Positions 45,465 to 54,737 of a stretch of DNA of 64,000 nt are shown here, piece by piece. Origin of the DNA: Flavobacteriales bacterium (GTDB lineage: Bacteria > Bacteroidota > Bacteroidia > Flavobacteriales > Schleiferiaceae); NCBI GenBank assembly GCA_002737315.1, contig NSIH01000002.1:2430-66429 (forward strand). Reading direction: 5' to 3'. The position numbers and the translations under genes were made by a program. Every line of letters starts with the position of its first letter. Positions within the stretch are counted from its first letter, which is position 1. The notes under the pieces are model-generated. The model searched no databases. It had not been told where the DNA came from and saw only the letters and a program-made list of their open reading frames with translations.

Positions 45465-46469
45465 TTATTGCTCTCCGATGCTGGCTAAAAAAGCCGGAGT
45501 ATCCCTGCCGTCGGCATAGTCCCAAAGGCTGGGGAACTGACTTTGGCCAAAAGGAGTCCGCCCCCGACCAACAGTCGTTTGAAGCTGGTCAGACTGGGCA
45601 TCGAGCCAGGACTCGGCCTCTGCTGCCGTGGCGTGCTGGGAATAGTGCAGCACCGAAAGGGGCGGTTTGAGGGTAGGGTGCTCGCGCAGCAGGGTCCAGT
45701 TGTTTTCTAAAAAGGGCTCGCGGTTGAGCATGAACAGGGCCCGGTAGTAGTCGTAGTTAGAGCCATAACGGGCGTGTTGGGCCAAGTGCCCCCACTTCAC
45801 CCAAGACGCAAAGAGGCGCTGCAGGTCAAAGCCTTGCTCCATGGCCAGGTGGGTAACGCTGCGGCAGCCGCGGCCAAAGTAGCGAAAGAGATCGTCGGCA
45901 AGAGCATCGAGTTCGGCGTCGGTGCTGTCTTGGGTGAGCACCGCCGCAGAGGTGCGCGGCCCTCGAAGAATGCGCGGAATGCCAGAAAAATACTGATCAA
46001 AGTGCGCCACAGCCTGGTCGCCGCCCGTGGCGATTAGGGCCTCTACCCCATTCATGCGCTCTGCACTTTGCAGGTCTGCGCTGGGGTCGAGCTTTTGTAG
46101 CAACTCCATCACGGTCCTGGTCAAAATAGGGTCGTCTGAGGAGGGCTTAAAGCGAAGCCGATGGCCGGCCAAATAGATGCAAACCAGGTCGTGAAGGGCG
46201 ACGAGGGGCAGGTTCCCCGCACCCACAAGGCCGACCGTTTGGGGCGAAATGTTCGTTTGAGGCCATTGGAGCCTCCAGGCGGCCAGGGATTCCTTGGTCA
46301 GAACCCGACTCCATGCGATGAGGGCGTCTGCGGTAAAGGCCGGGGTAAACCATGGATTCCGCGCCGAGGTCTCTGCCAACAAATCCTTGTCGTCGATTAG
46401 GCTTTCGAGGGCTCGTCCGAGCTGTTCAAGAACTAAAAAACGGTCGTCGAGCGGGGTGGATTCGGGCAT
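45465..46469 (-). CDS. acyl-CoA reductase (LuxC-like)
   Basis: 334 aa from the ATG at 46469. LuxC-family-like sequence (NPWFT, VGAGNLPLVALHD). Divergent from a ferredoxin gene, as in other Bacteroidota. Confidence 0.6.
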   Translation of the reverse strand: MPESTPLDDRFLVLEQLGRALESLIDDKDLLAETSARNPWFTPAFTADALIAWSRVLTKESLAAWRLQWPQTNISPQTVGLVGAGNLPLVALHDLVCIYLAGHRLRFKPSSDDPILTRTVMELLQKLDPSADLQSAERMNGVEALIATGGDQAVAHFDQYFSGIPRILRGPRTSAAVLTQDSTDAELDALADDLFRYFGRGCRSVTHLAMEQGFDLQRLFASWVKWGHLAQHARYGSNYDYYRALFMLNREPFLENNWTLLREHPTLKPPLSVLHYSQHATAAEAESWLDAQSDQLQTTVGRGRTPFGQSQFPSLWDYADGRDTPAFLASIGEQ

Positions 46470-46488
46470 TAGGGCAGCTAAATGGGCG

Positions 46489-46496
46489 TATCTTTG
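46489..46496 (+). promoter_or_regulatory. -7 promoter box TATCTTTG for the ferredoxin gene
   Basis: Exact TAnnTTTG, 25 nt before the ATG at 46522. Confidence 0.4.
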
Positions 46497-46503
46497 GCCC
46501 TTA

Positions 46504-46511
46504 CAAAAGTA
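46504..46511 (-). promoter_or_regulatory. -7 promoter box TACTTTTG for the acyl-CoA reductase gene
   Basis: Exact TAnnTTTG on the minus strand, 34 nt before the ATG at 46469. Confidence 0.4.
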
Positions 46512-46521
46512 CGCTTTAAGA

Positions 46522-46872
46522 ATGGCCATAACGATTACCGACGAGTGCATCAATTGCGGAGCATGCGAAGCCGAGTGCCCCAATAATGCCATTTACGAGG
46601 GCGGAATGGAATGGCGTTTTGCCGACGGAACCAAGCTTCAGGGCGATCTGGTAAGCAAGAGCGGCCTCCAAACCGACGCGGCCACCGCTCAGGAGCCCGT
46701 GAGCTTTGAATACTACTTTATTGTGACCGACAAGTGCACGGAATGCGTCGGATTTCACGAGACTCCGCAGTGCGCCGAGGTTTGCCCGGTGGACTGCTGT
46801 GTTCCTGACGAAGACCACGTCGAAAGCCACGAACAGCTCGAGGCCAAAAAGTCCTTCCTGCACCTGGATTGA
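46522..46872 (+). CDS. 4Fe-4S dicluster ferredoxin
   Basis: 116 aa from the ATG at 46522. Cluster motifs CINCGACEAECP and CTECVGFHETPQCAEVCP. Confidence 0.85.
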   Translation: MAITITDECINCGACEAECPNNAIYEGGMEWRFADGTKLQGDLVSKSGLQTDAATAQEPVSFEYYFIVTDKCTECVGFHETPQCAEVCPVDCCVPDEDHVESHEQLEAKKSFLHLD

Positions 46873-47627
46873 TGCAGCGCATTGCCCTGATTCTGATTGC
46901 GTTATTCGCCAGGACAGGGACCTCTTGGGCCCAATCCTCAGGCCTTGAAGCCCATCTTGAGGTGGCTCGCAGCATGAGCCTCAACGACGCGGCCCGCAGC
47001 GTGGCCCTAGACAGCTTGACGAGCATTAGCCTCAGAGCCCTCAACAATTCCCATTCCAAGGCGGTTCAACTTGCCGACAACGCGCTGCGGGTCGAGAGTC
47101 CCGACGGCAGCTTTGCCCTGGTAAGCCTTAATGCCCCGATGGGAGACGGCAGCTATGCCTACCGAGGGCTTGTGGGTCGCTCCGACGGACAAAAGGGCTG
47201 GACCTGGAGCATCCTGGCTGACGAAGCCTGGCCGGGCGCAATCGTTTACCGTATTGTTCACACTCGCTACCGCCGCCGCAACTACTACCTGACGCTGTGG
47301 TATAAACCCCACCAAAATGGCGTACAAGAGAAGGGCATTGAACCCGTAATTCTCACGCGGAGTCGTTTGGTTTTTGGCGCGAGGGTATTTGCCGTGAAAT
47401 CCTTCAACGACGAGGTATTTAAAAAGCCACCCGAGCGGCTTGTGCTGCGCTACGGCCCGATGGCCTCCGTCGCCCTGCGACCCGAAAAATCCGGAGTTAT
47501 AGTGGTCGACGAGGTCGCTCCGGTTCGCGACGCAGCCAAGGGAGCCTACCGCTACTACGGCCCAACAGCGGTGCAAAATCGCCTCATTTTTAGCCAGGGA
47601 AAATGGCGCTTCGAAACACTACCCTAA
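46872..47627 (+). CDS. secreted hypothetical protein
   Basis: About 251 aa with signal peptide MQRIALILIALFARTGTSWAQ. TGATG overlap with the ferredoxin stop. I recognise no family. Confidence 0.5.
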   Translation: MQRIALILIALFARTGTSWAQSSGLEAHLEVARSMSLNDAARSVALDSLTSISLRALNNSHSKAVQLADNALRVESPDGSFALVSLNAPMGDGSYAYRGLVGRSDGQKGWTWSILADEAWPGAIVYRIVHTRYRRRNYYLTLWYKPHQNGVQEKGIEPVILTRSRLVFGARVFAVKSFNDEVFKKPPERLVLRYGPMASVALRPEKSGVIVVDEVAPVRDAAKGAYRYYGPTAVQNRLIFSQGKWRFETLP

Positions 47628-47638
47628 CCTATGCCCCC

Positions 47639-47646
47639 TACCTTTA
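47639..47646 (+). promoter_or_regulatory. -7-like box TACCTTTA, 5 nt before the serC ATG
   Basis: 7/8 fit to TAnnTTTG. The ATG is at 47652. Confidence 0.3.
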
Positions 47647-47651
47647 CCCCC

Positions 47652-48728
47652 ATGAAAAAGCACAACTTTACCGCAGGCCCCTGCATTTTGGCCCCCGAAG
47701 TATTAGAAGGTGCGGCCGCAGCCGTTCAAGACTTTGAGGGAATGGGGCTGTCGCTTCTTGAAATTAGCCACCGCGACAAGAAGGTCGTAGCAGTTATGGA
47801 GGAGGCACAGCAGCGCGTGCTTCAGACCCTTGGACTAGGCGACGACTACGCCGTTCTCTTTCTACAGGGCGGAGCAAGCAGCCAGTTTGCCATGGTTCCG
47901 TTTAACCTGCTTCGCAGCGAGGGCAAGGCAGCCTACCTGAATACCGGAACCTGGGCCAGCAAGGCCCTCGAAGAGGCCAACAAACTTGCCCCTGGGCAGG
48001 CGGTGGAACTCGCCTCGAGCGCCGAGCAAAATTTTAGCTACATCCCCAAGGGCTTCGCGATTCCAAGCGGACTCGACTACGTGCACTACACTTCCAACAA
48101 CACCATTTTTGGAACCCAGATGAAGGCCTTCCCCAAGGCCGACAGCCTGATGGTCTGCGACATGTCCTCTGATATTTTTAGCCGCCAACTCCCCTTTGGC
48201 CAGTTTGACCTGATCTATGCCGGGGCCCAAAAAAACCTGGGCCCAGCTGGCGCTACTTTAGTGGTGGTTCGCAAAGAAATTCTGGGCAAGTCTGGGCGGG
48301 CAATTCCCACCATGTTTGACTACCCCGTGCACATCAAGGGTGAATCCATGTACAATACCCCGCCTGTGTTTTCGCTTTTTGTGAGCCTCTTGACCCTGCG
48401 CTGGATGGATTCCCAGGGCGGACTTTTGGAGATGGAGCGCCGAGCTAATGCCCGGTCTGCCGCCCTTTATGGCGAAATTGACCGCAATCCGCTTTTTAAG
48501 GGAAGCGCCGCTGCCGAGGACCGCTCGCCCATGAACGCCTGCTTTTTGCTCCATGACGAGGCCAAGTATCAGGCCGTTTTTGATGCCCTCGCCAAAGAAG
48601 CGGGTCTCGTGGGCCTCCCGGGGCACCGCAGCGTCGGTGGCTACCGTGCCTCGATGTACAATGCCCTGCCGCAGACCAGCGTAGACGCCTTAGTTGAAGT
48701 GATGCGCGAGGTCGAACGCCGCGCCTAA
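47652..48728 (+). CDS. serC: 3-phosphoserine/phosphohydroxythreonine aminotransferase
   Basis: 358 aa from the ATG at 47652 (MKKHNFTAGPCILAPEVL), with the SerC PLP-lysine context (YAGAQKNLGPAG). Confidence 0.9.
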   Translation: MKKHNFTAGPCILAPEVLEGAAAAVQDFEGMGLSLLEISHRDKKVVAVMEEAQQRVLQTLGLGDDYAVLFLQGGASSQFAMVPFNLLRSEGKAAYLNTGTWASKALEEANKLAPGQAVELASSAEQNFSYIPKGFAIPSGLDYVHYTSNNTIFGTQMKAFPKADSLMVCDMSSDIFSRQLPFGQFDLIYAGAQKNLGPAGATLVVVRKEILGKSGRAIPTMFDYPVHIKGESMYNTPPVFSLFVSLLTLRWMDSQGGLLEMERRANARSAALYGEIDRNPLFKGSAAAEDRSPMNACFLLHDEAKYQAVFDALAKEAGLVGLPGHRSVGGYRASMYNALPQTSVDALVEVMREVERRA

Positions 48729-48748
48729 TTTGTTTTAAATCCTCTACC

Positions 48749-49693
48749 ATGAAAATCCTCGCAAACGACGGAATCGCGCCCTCTGGGCAAACCAAACTTG
48801 AAGCCGCCGGCCATAGCGTGCTCACCACTAAAGTTGCGCAAGAGCAATTGGCGGACTTTATTAACCAAGAAAGCGTAGACGTACTCCTGGTCCGCTCTGC
48901 TACTACCGCAAGGGCTGCTTTGGTGGATGCCTGCCCGGGGCTCAAAATGATTGGGCGAGGCGGCGTTGGAATGGACAACATCGACGTGGACTATGCCCAA
49001 TCCAAGGGCGTCACGGTTTTTAATACTCCGGCAGCGAGTTCCGAGAGCGTGGCCGAGCTCGTTTTTGCCCACCTCAGCGGACTTTTGCGGTTTTTGCCCG
49101 ACAGCAACCGAAGCATGCCCCTTGATGGCGACAGCCAATTTGAAGGCCTCAAAAAAGCCTATGCCAAGGGTTCTGAACTTCGCGGTAAAGTCATTGGAAT
49201 TATAGGATTCGGCCGGATTGGTCGGGCGGTAGCTCGCCAAGGCTTCGGGCTCGGAATGCACATTGCCGCCCACGACCCCTCGGTGACCGACGGGAGCTTT
49301 GAGGTTCAGTTTGCCGACGGACAGAGCCTGAAGTCTTCGGCTAAAATGATGGGCTTGAACGAACTCTTGAGCACCTGCGACGTCGTGACGGTGCACGTCG
49401 GAGGAAGGTCCGAAGTATTGGGCGCAACCGAACTCGCAGCAATGAAGAAGGGTGCCTACCTGATCAATGCGGCCCGTGGCGGCGTGGTCAACGAAGAAGC
49501 CCTCCTCAATGCCCTAGACGCCGAACTTCTGGCGGGAGCAGCCCTGGACGTATTCACCAACGAGCCCAATCCGCACGTAAACCTACTGATGCACCCCAAG
49601 CTCTCGCTGACTCCCCACATTGGCGCGGCCACTGAGGAGGCGCAGGATCGCATCAGCGCCGAACTGGCGGACCTCATTATCGCTAAGGGCTAA
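48749..49693 (+). CDS. serA: D-3-phosphoglycerate dehydrogenase (short form without ACT domain)
   Basis: 314 aa 2-hydroxyacid dehydrogenase with NAD-binding GIIGFGRIGRAVA, directly downstream of serC. Confidence 0.75.
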   Translation: MKILANDGIAPSGQTKLEAAGHSVLTTKVAQEQLADFINQESVDVLLVRSATTARAALVDACPGLKMIGRGGVGMDNIDVDYAQSKGVTVFNTPAASSESVAELVFAHLSGLLRFLPDSNRSMPLDGDSQFEGLKKAYAKGSELRGKVIGIIGFGRIGRAVARQGFGLGMHIAAHDPSVTDGSFEVQFADGQSLKSSAKMMGLNELLSTCDVVTVHVGGRSEVLGATELAAMKKGAYLINAARGGVVNEEALLNALDAELLAGAALDVFTNEPNPHVNLLMHPKLSLTPHIGAATEEAQDRISAELADLIIAKG

Positions 49694-49694
49694 A

Positions 49695-50813
49695 ATGCCT
49701 CGTTTTGAGCCTTTTGCTGCGGTGCGTCCGCCGCGTGCACTGGCCGGATTGGTCAGTACGCGGTCCTACATGACCTACAGCGAAGAAGAGCTCGCGCACA
49801 AATTAGCCAGCAATCCATTCTCGTTTTTGCACGTGCTCCAGCGGCCGTCGCCGCAAGAAGAAGCGCGATTTAAGGGAATTCGGCAAGGATTTGAAGCGTT
49901 TAAAGCAGACGGATTCCTTCATGCAGAAGACCGGGCTCATTTCTACCTCTACCGTCAGGAGTGGTCCGGGCGGACGTTTGTGGGCTACCTAGGACTGGTG
50001 TCGCTCGAAGACTACCGCGATGGCTCCATCCTTAGGCACGAGCAAACCATCGAGGCACGAGAAATTCTATTTGCGCGCTACCTGCAAACTACCGGGTTCC
50101 ATGCCGAACCCGTTCTGCTTACCCATGCCCCCAACAGTCAACTGAGCGAAACAGCGGTGCACATTCAAACGACCGAGCCCCTGCTTGACTTTGCCACTAC
50201 CGACGGCGCCACCCACAGCCTCTGGACGGTTCCCTTTGCGGAGCCTATTCAGGCGGTCCTTGCGCAACTCAGCCACCTCTACATTGCCGACGGACACCAC
50301 CGCATGGCCTCTGCCGATCGCCTGGGCGAAGATCCCTTTGTCATGGCCTACTTGGTCGACAGCGAGCAGCTCGTCATCTCTTCTTTTCACCGGCATATTG
50401 CCGGCAAAGCAAATGGGGATTGGGCCAGTGCATTGGGTGCCACTCGCCTTGACCGTCGGCCGGAAGGCCTTCCCGAGCAGGGTTTTTATGCCCTTGACGA
50501 ACGCGGATGGTGGCGGTTTAACCCCGAGAATTTGGCCTTTCCCGAGAGCGCATGGCTCTTTGAGCACATACTGCGGCCCTTCTGGGGAGTTTCCGACGAA
50601 CGGCATGATGCCCGAATCCGCTATGAGCCAGGCCTTGTCGATTTGAATACCGTAGAGGGCGAACGCCGCGACCAAGAGACGGTATTTATACTGCCCAAAC
50701 CCCATTGGAAGGGCATCGAGGAACTCGCCGACCGGGGCGAAACAGTGCCACCAAAGTCTACCTATATCGAGCCCAAATTGCGCTCGGGAATCACCTTATA
50801 TGCCTGGAAGTGA
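49695..50813 (+). CDS. DUF1015 domain-containing protein
   Basis: 372 aa from the ATG at 49695 (MPRFEPFAAVRP, YIADGHHR), which are hallmarks of DUF1015. Confidence 0.7.
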   Translation: MPRFEPFAAVRPPRALAGLVSTRSYMTYSEEELAHKLASNPFSFLHVLQRPSPQEEARFKGIRQGFEAFKADGFLHAEDRAHFYLYRQEWSGRTFVGYLGLVSLEDYRDGSILRHEQTIEAREILFARYLQTTGFHAEPVLLTHAPNSQLSETAVHIQTTEPLLDFATTDGATHSLWTVPFAEPIQAVLAQLSHLYIADGHHRMASADRLGEDPFVMAYLVDSEQLVISSFHRHIAGKANGDWASALGATRLDRRPEGLPEQGFYALDERGWWRFNPENLAFPESAWLFEHILRPFWGVSDERHDARIRYEPGLVDLNTVEGERRDQETVFILPKPHWKGIEELADRGETVPPKSTYIEPKLRSGITLYAWK

Positions 50814-51478
50814 GCGCCAATATTGAAGCCTACCGCGACCTGATGGCATCACTGCCTGCAGAAGCCACCCTGATTGCGGTCAGCAAGTTTCAACCGAACG
50901 AAGCCATCGAGGCACTGTACGCCGCCGGCCAACGCGATTTTGGTGAAAACCGGGTGCAGGAGCTTGCCTCCAAGGCCGCCGTACTCCCTAAGGACATTCG
51001 CTGGCACATGATCGGTCGGATTCAAACCAATAAAATTAGAGAGTTTGCTCCCTTTGTGCATCTGGTGCACAGCGTTGACCGAACCGACGTCTTAACCGTC
51101 CTTCAAAAGGAAGCCGCACGGGCAGAGCGAACGATCGACATTCTACTCCAGGTCCACATTGCCCAAGAAGAAACCAAGGCGGGATTCAGTCCCGAAGAAG
51201 TGCTAGGGCTCTGCGCGGTTAACGCGTTCAACGAATACCCCAACCTGCGCCTCGTGGGCCTCATGGGAATGGCAAGCTTTACCGAAGACCGCGATCAGGT
51301 CAGGCGCGAATTTTCACTCCTGGCGAGCCTGTTTCGAAACGCCCAAGAAGCCCTCGGAAAAGAGCAAATAAGAGTGCTCAGCATGGGAATGAGCGGCGAC
51401 TACGACCTCGCGCTGGCCGAGGGAGGCAACCACATCCGGGTGGGCTCACTGCTGTTCGGGGCGCGAAGCAGCCAGTAA
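50810..51478 (+). CDS. yggS: YggS family pyridoxal phosphate homeostasis protein
   Basis: The GTG at 50810 overlaps the DUF1015 stop (GTGA). PLP-lysine context LIAVSKFQP, plus FGENRVQEL and RVGSLLFG. Confidence 0.85.
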   Translation: MSANIEAYRDLMASLPAEATLIAVSKFQPNEAIEALYAAGQRDFGENRVQELASKAAVLPKDIRWHMIGRIQTNKIREFAPFVHLVHSVDRTDVLTVLQKEAARAERTIDILLQVHIAQEETKAGFSPEEVLGLCAVNAFNEYPNLRLVGLMGMASFTEDRDQVRREFSLLASLFRNAQEALGKEQIRVLSMGMSGDYDLALAEGGNHIRVGSLLFGARSSQ

Positions 51479-51499
51479 CTAGCAACCAGTAACTAGTTA
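51472..51499. repeat. heptamer-built CTAG-rich intergenic element, copy 2 (CCAG TAACTAG CAACCAG TAACTAG TTA)
   Basis: Includes the yggS TAA stop (51476-51478) and ends on the A of the next gene's ATG (51499). Core AACCAGTAACTAGTTA at 51484-51499. Confidence 0.65.
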
Positions 51500-52863
51500 T
51501 GTACGCAGTAATAGATCTCGAAGCAACCGGAGGCAAGCCTGGAGAGGAGCGCATTATTGAGGTCGCCATTTTTATGTTTGACGGCCGCCGAATTGTGGAC
51601 CAGTTCATTACGCTGGTCAGGCCCGACGTGCCCATTCCGCCCTTTGTTCAAAAACTCACCGGAATCCGCGAAAGCGATGTTCAAACGGCACCCCGCTTTC
51701 ACGAAATTGCCAAGCGCATCGTGCAAATGACCGAGGGCGCGGTGTTTGTTGCCCACAACGCACCCTTTGATTACCGCATCCTGCGAGAGGAATTTACCCG
51801 ACTCGGCTTTGACTATATGCGCGTAGTTCTCGACACCATACCCTTGACCGAAAAATTCCTACCCGGCATGCCCTCCTACGGCTTAAGCACCCTTTGCACG
51901 GAGCTCAATATTCCTCACACCCGCAAGCATCGGGCCGACGGAGACGCGCGCGCTACGGTCCATCTGCTTCAAATTCTGCTGGATAAAGACCGTGAGAAGT
52001 TCATCGAAGGAGTGTACCTCAAGCAGCCGGCGGCCACGGGACAGCATAAGTTTAGCGTGCAGATCGAACGCTACGTCAAAACCATTGGCCTCTACTACCT
52101 GTTCAATGCCGACGGCAGGGTTCTCTACGTCGGTAAATCAGACCAGCTTAGGGTTCGCATTGACCGACATTTCTTGTCTACCAGCGACAAGGCCCTAGCA
52201 CTTCAGACCGAGGTGGCCAGCATTCGCGTCGAGGAGACCGGTAGCATTCTGCTTGCGGACATTCTCGAGCACGAAGAGCTTAAAAAACTTAAGCCCCCAT
52301 ACAACCAAGCGAAAGACAAGTACCGCCTGCGCTTTGGCCTCTTCGCCATAGAGACCGACCGTGGCTTGCTTTGGGATGTGCGCGGAATTCAACTTGAACC
52401 ACCATTGCTTCAGGTGGATTCGGTGGCCGACGGAGTTGCCCTACTTTGCCGCTGGGCCAAGTCGCGCAATTGGAACCTTGCGGACCTACTTGTACCCCGC
52501 CTGCTCCCCAGGCAAACCACCGAAGGCCGGAGCCGCGAAGACCTGCCTGCCACCTTGGCAGATGCCCATCAAGCACTCGATTCGTTTTTGTGGCCCGAGG
52601 GAATCGCAATTTATCAAGACAAGGGACGGGATCCGGGCGAAAAAGTAGTTTTTGTGGTGGACTCCGGGCGCCTTTTGGGCTACGCCTTTGTGCGTCTGGA
52701 GCAGGATGTTGAAGACTTGCCTTCGCTCAAGAATAGACTCACTTTGCTCAGCCAAGTGCCCTACTTGCGAAGTTTACTGGCAGATTATGTGCAGTCTCAA
52801 AGAGTCAAGATGGTCCGGCCGGATGTTTTGCCTACTTTCGACGAAGACGAAAATACCTTTTGA
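51499..52863 (+). CDS. DnaQ-like 3'-5' exonuclease fused to a GIY-YIG nuclease domain
   Basis: 454 aa. Exo motifs (VIDLEATG, FVAHNAPFDYRIL, HRADGDARA) are followed by a GIY-YIG-like segment (GLYYLFNADGRVLYVGKS). Confidence 0.8.
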   Translation: MYAVIDLEATGGKPGEERIIEVAIFMFDGRRIVDQFITLVRPDVPIPPFVQKLTGIRESDVQTAPRFHEIAKRIVQMTEGAVFVAHNAPFDYRILREEFTRLGFDYMRVVLDTIPLTEKFLPGMPSYGLSTLCTELNIPHTRKHRADGDARATVHLLQILLDKDREKFIEGVYLKQPAATGQHKFSVQIERYVKTIGLYYLFNADGRVLYVGKSDQLRVRIDRHFLSTSDKALALQTEVASIRVEETGSILLADILEHEELKKLKPPYNQAKDKYRLRFGLFAIETDRGLLWDVRGIQLEPPLLQVDSVADGVALLCRWAKSRNWNLADLLVPRLLPRQTTEGRSREDLPATLADAHQALDSFLWPEGIAIYQDKGRDPGEKVVFVVDSGRLLGYAFVRLEQDVEDLPSLKNRLTLLSQVPYLRSLLADYVQSQRVKMVRPDVLPTFDEDENTF

Positions 52864-52864
52864 T

Positions 52865-53095
52865 ATGAAAAAGTTTGCTGCATTGGCCCTAGTTGCCCTG
52901 TTCTCTGTTGCCTTCACCGGCAGTATTCAAGCCGAAAGCACCACCCAACACCCGAGCGAAGTGGTTAAGGCAAAGAAGAAGAAGAAAGGTGCTGAGGCCA
53001 GCGCTCCAAGTGCAGCCAAAAGCTGCGGTACGGCTGCCCCTACGGGCGGATCATGCTGCTCCAAGCCTGCCACCTCAGGCGGAGCCGGCAAGTAA
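52865..53095 (+). CDS. small secreted Lys/Ala/Cys-rich protein
   Basis: 76 aa from the ATG at 52865. Signal peptide MKKFAALALVALFSVAFTGSIQA, then a KKKKK run and SCGTAAPTGGSCCSKP. A hairpin plus T-rich tract follows. Confidence 0.5.
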   Translation: MKKFAALALVALFSVAFTGSIQAESTTQHPSEVVKAKKKKKGAEASAPSAAKSCGTAAPTGGSCCSKPATSGGAGK

Positions 53096-53105
53096 ATTAG
53101 CTCGA

Positions 53106-53130
53106 CCTGCCCTGGGGCAGGATTCTTCTT
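53106..53130 (+). terminator. candidate intrinsic terminator after the small secreted-protein gene
   Basis: CCTGCC (53106-53111) pairs with GGCAGG (53116-53121) around the loop CTGG, followed by ATTCTTCTT. A second weak hairpin, ACAAAGacCTTTGT, lies at 53131-53144. Confidence 0.4.
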
Positions 53131-53184
53131 ACAAAGACCTTTGTTATTGACTATTTCGCGCTAGGCCAATGGCCCTGGCAACCG

Positions 53185-53784
53185 CTATAATTTGACCGCC
53201 ACCGAGCCGATAACCTGGGTCATCCTGTTGTCGGTGTCAATGTCAATGCCGCCCACCGTAATGGACTCTCCAAAGGCCGAGAGGGAGCCCTCATAGCGCA
53301 GCGAAGCCTGAAGCGGTCCAAGCTTTAAACCCAAACCTACTTGGCCTCCCCAGCTGCCGGTTCCGGCCTGAACGAGTCCTAGTCCGCCAACCTCGCTCAA
53401 TGCAAGAGAATAAATTGGGGCCACAAATCCAAAGAGTGGACCGAGCTTCACTCCCACTTCAACGGGAAGATCCAATCTCAGCATGGACCATTCCACAATA
53501 TTGGGCGTGACGCTGCCGTCCTGCAGGAGCAGCTGCTGGTTGAGCCCCGTAAGCCAAACTTGGGGCTGAAGGTAGAGCAGTCCGGCAGAGGCACGGGTGA
53601 ATCCGCCTACGTGAAAGCCTCCGCGACCTGAAGCCATGGGCGTAAAGGTGGGATCAACCAGTGGATTGAAGCTAATGCGCAGATCAGCCAGGTGGTAGCC
53701 CGCCGTCAATCCCTTGGAAAATTGGGCCAAAGCACTGGAGGCGTTAAACATCACTAAGGCCCCGAACAGAAGAATCCTGATCAT
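53185..53784 (-). CDS. outer membrane beta-barrel (porin family) protein
   Basis: 199 aa with a signal peptide, alternating beta-strand pattern and a terminal aromatic/aliphatic strand. ATGA overlap with the purC stop. Confidence 0.6.
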   Translation of the reverse strand: MIRILLFGALVMFNASSALAQFSKGLTAGYHLADLRISFNPLVDPTFTPMASGRGGFHVGGFTRASAGLLYLQPQVWLTGLNQQLLLQDGSVTPNIVEWSMLRLDLPVEVGVKLGPLFGFVAPIYSLALSEVGGLGLVQAGTGSWGGQVGLGLKLGPLQASLRYEGSLSAFGESITVGGIDIDTDNRMTQVIGSVAVKL

Positions 53785-54734
53785 ACTTGAACTGATTTTA
53801 GGTAGTTCTCCACATTGGATAAAATTCGGCCCTCTGCATCCATCGAAGAGGCCGGCTCAAAGGTTTTGCCCGTAAGGAGCTCGTAGAGATGAATGTAGCG
53901 CTTCGATACGTCCAGGGCCCATTCGTCGGTCAATTCTGGAATGGACTGGCCCTCTTTGCCCTGAAAACCTTCGGAGATGAGAAATTGGCGAACGAATTCC
54001 TTGCTGAGCTGTACCTGGTCCTCGCCCCGCGACTGGCGCTCCTGAAAGCCTTCTACATAAAAGTAGCGCGAGGAATCGGGAGTGTGTATTTCGTCGATAA
54101 GCACCACCCGTCCGTCGGGAAGCAGTCCAAATTCATACTTAGTATCTACTAAAAGAAGTCCGCGCTCCAGGGCCATTTGATGGCCGCGCTCGTAAAGGGC
54201 ATAAGTAAAGGCCTCAAGCTGAGTGTAGTGCTCCTCGCTAACGATTCGCTGCGCCAAAATCTCCTCGCGGCTGATGTCTTGGTCGTGAGCTCCCAGTGCC
54301 TCCTTGGTGGTCGGCGTGATGATGGGAGTTTGGAGTCGGTCGGACTCCTTAAGGCCCTCTGGCAAGGAAACTCCGCAAAGCACTCGGCCGCCCGAGGCGT
54401 AGGTGCGCCAGGCATGGCCGCTGAGGTAGCCGCGGACCACCATTTCGACCTTAAAAGGCTCTGCTGCAAGGCCTACGCTGACCACGGGATCGGGGCTTGC
54501 CAAGCGCCAGTTGGGCACAAGGTCTTCGGTCGCCTTGAGAAAGTGCTCCGCCATCTGGTTCAGAACCTGCCCTTTGTGCGGTATGCCTTGAGGCAGCACC
54601 ACGTCAAAAGCAGAAATTCGGTCTGAGGCGACCATGACTAAAAGTCCGCTCGATAGGCGGTAGACGTCGCGCACCTTGCCATGGTAGACGGACTGCTGGC
54701 CGGTAAATTGAAATTCAGAATGGAGCAGGGCCAT
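53781..54734 (-). CDS. purC: phosphoribosylaminoimidazole-succinocarboxamide synthase (long form)
   Basis: 317 aa, SAICAR synthetase-like ([24 protein letters not shown]). Confidence 0.9.
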   Translation of the reverse strand: MALLHSEFQFTGQQSVYHGKVRDVYRLSSGLLVMVASDRISAFDVVLPQGIPHKGQVLNQMAEHFLKATEDLVPNWRLASPDPVVSVGLAAEPFKVEMVVRGYLSGHAWRTYASGGRVLCGVSLPEGLKESDRLQTPIITPTTKEALGAHDQDISREEILAQRIVSEEHYTQLEAFTYALYERGHQMALERGLLLVDTKYEFGLLPDGRVVLIDEIHTPDSSRYFYVEGFQERQSRGEDQVQLSKEFVRQFLISEGFQGKEGQSIPELTDEWALDVSKRYIHLYELLTGKTFEPASSMDAEGRILSNVENYLKSVQV

Positions 54735-54737
54735 AGT

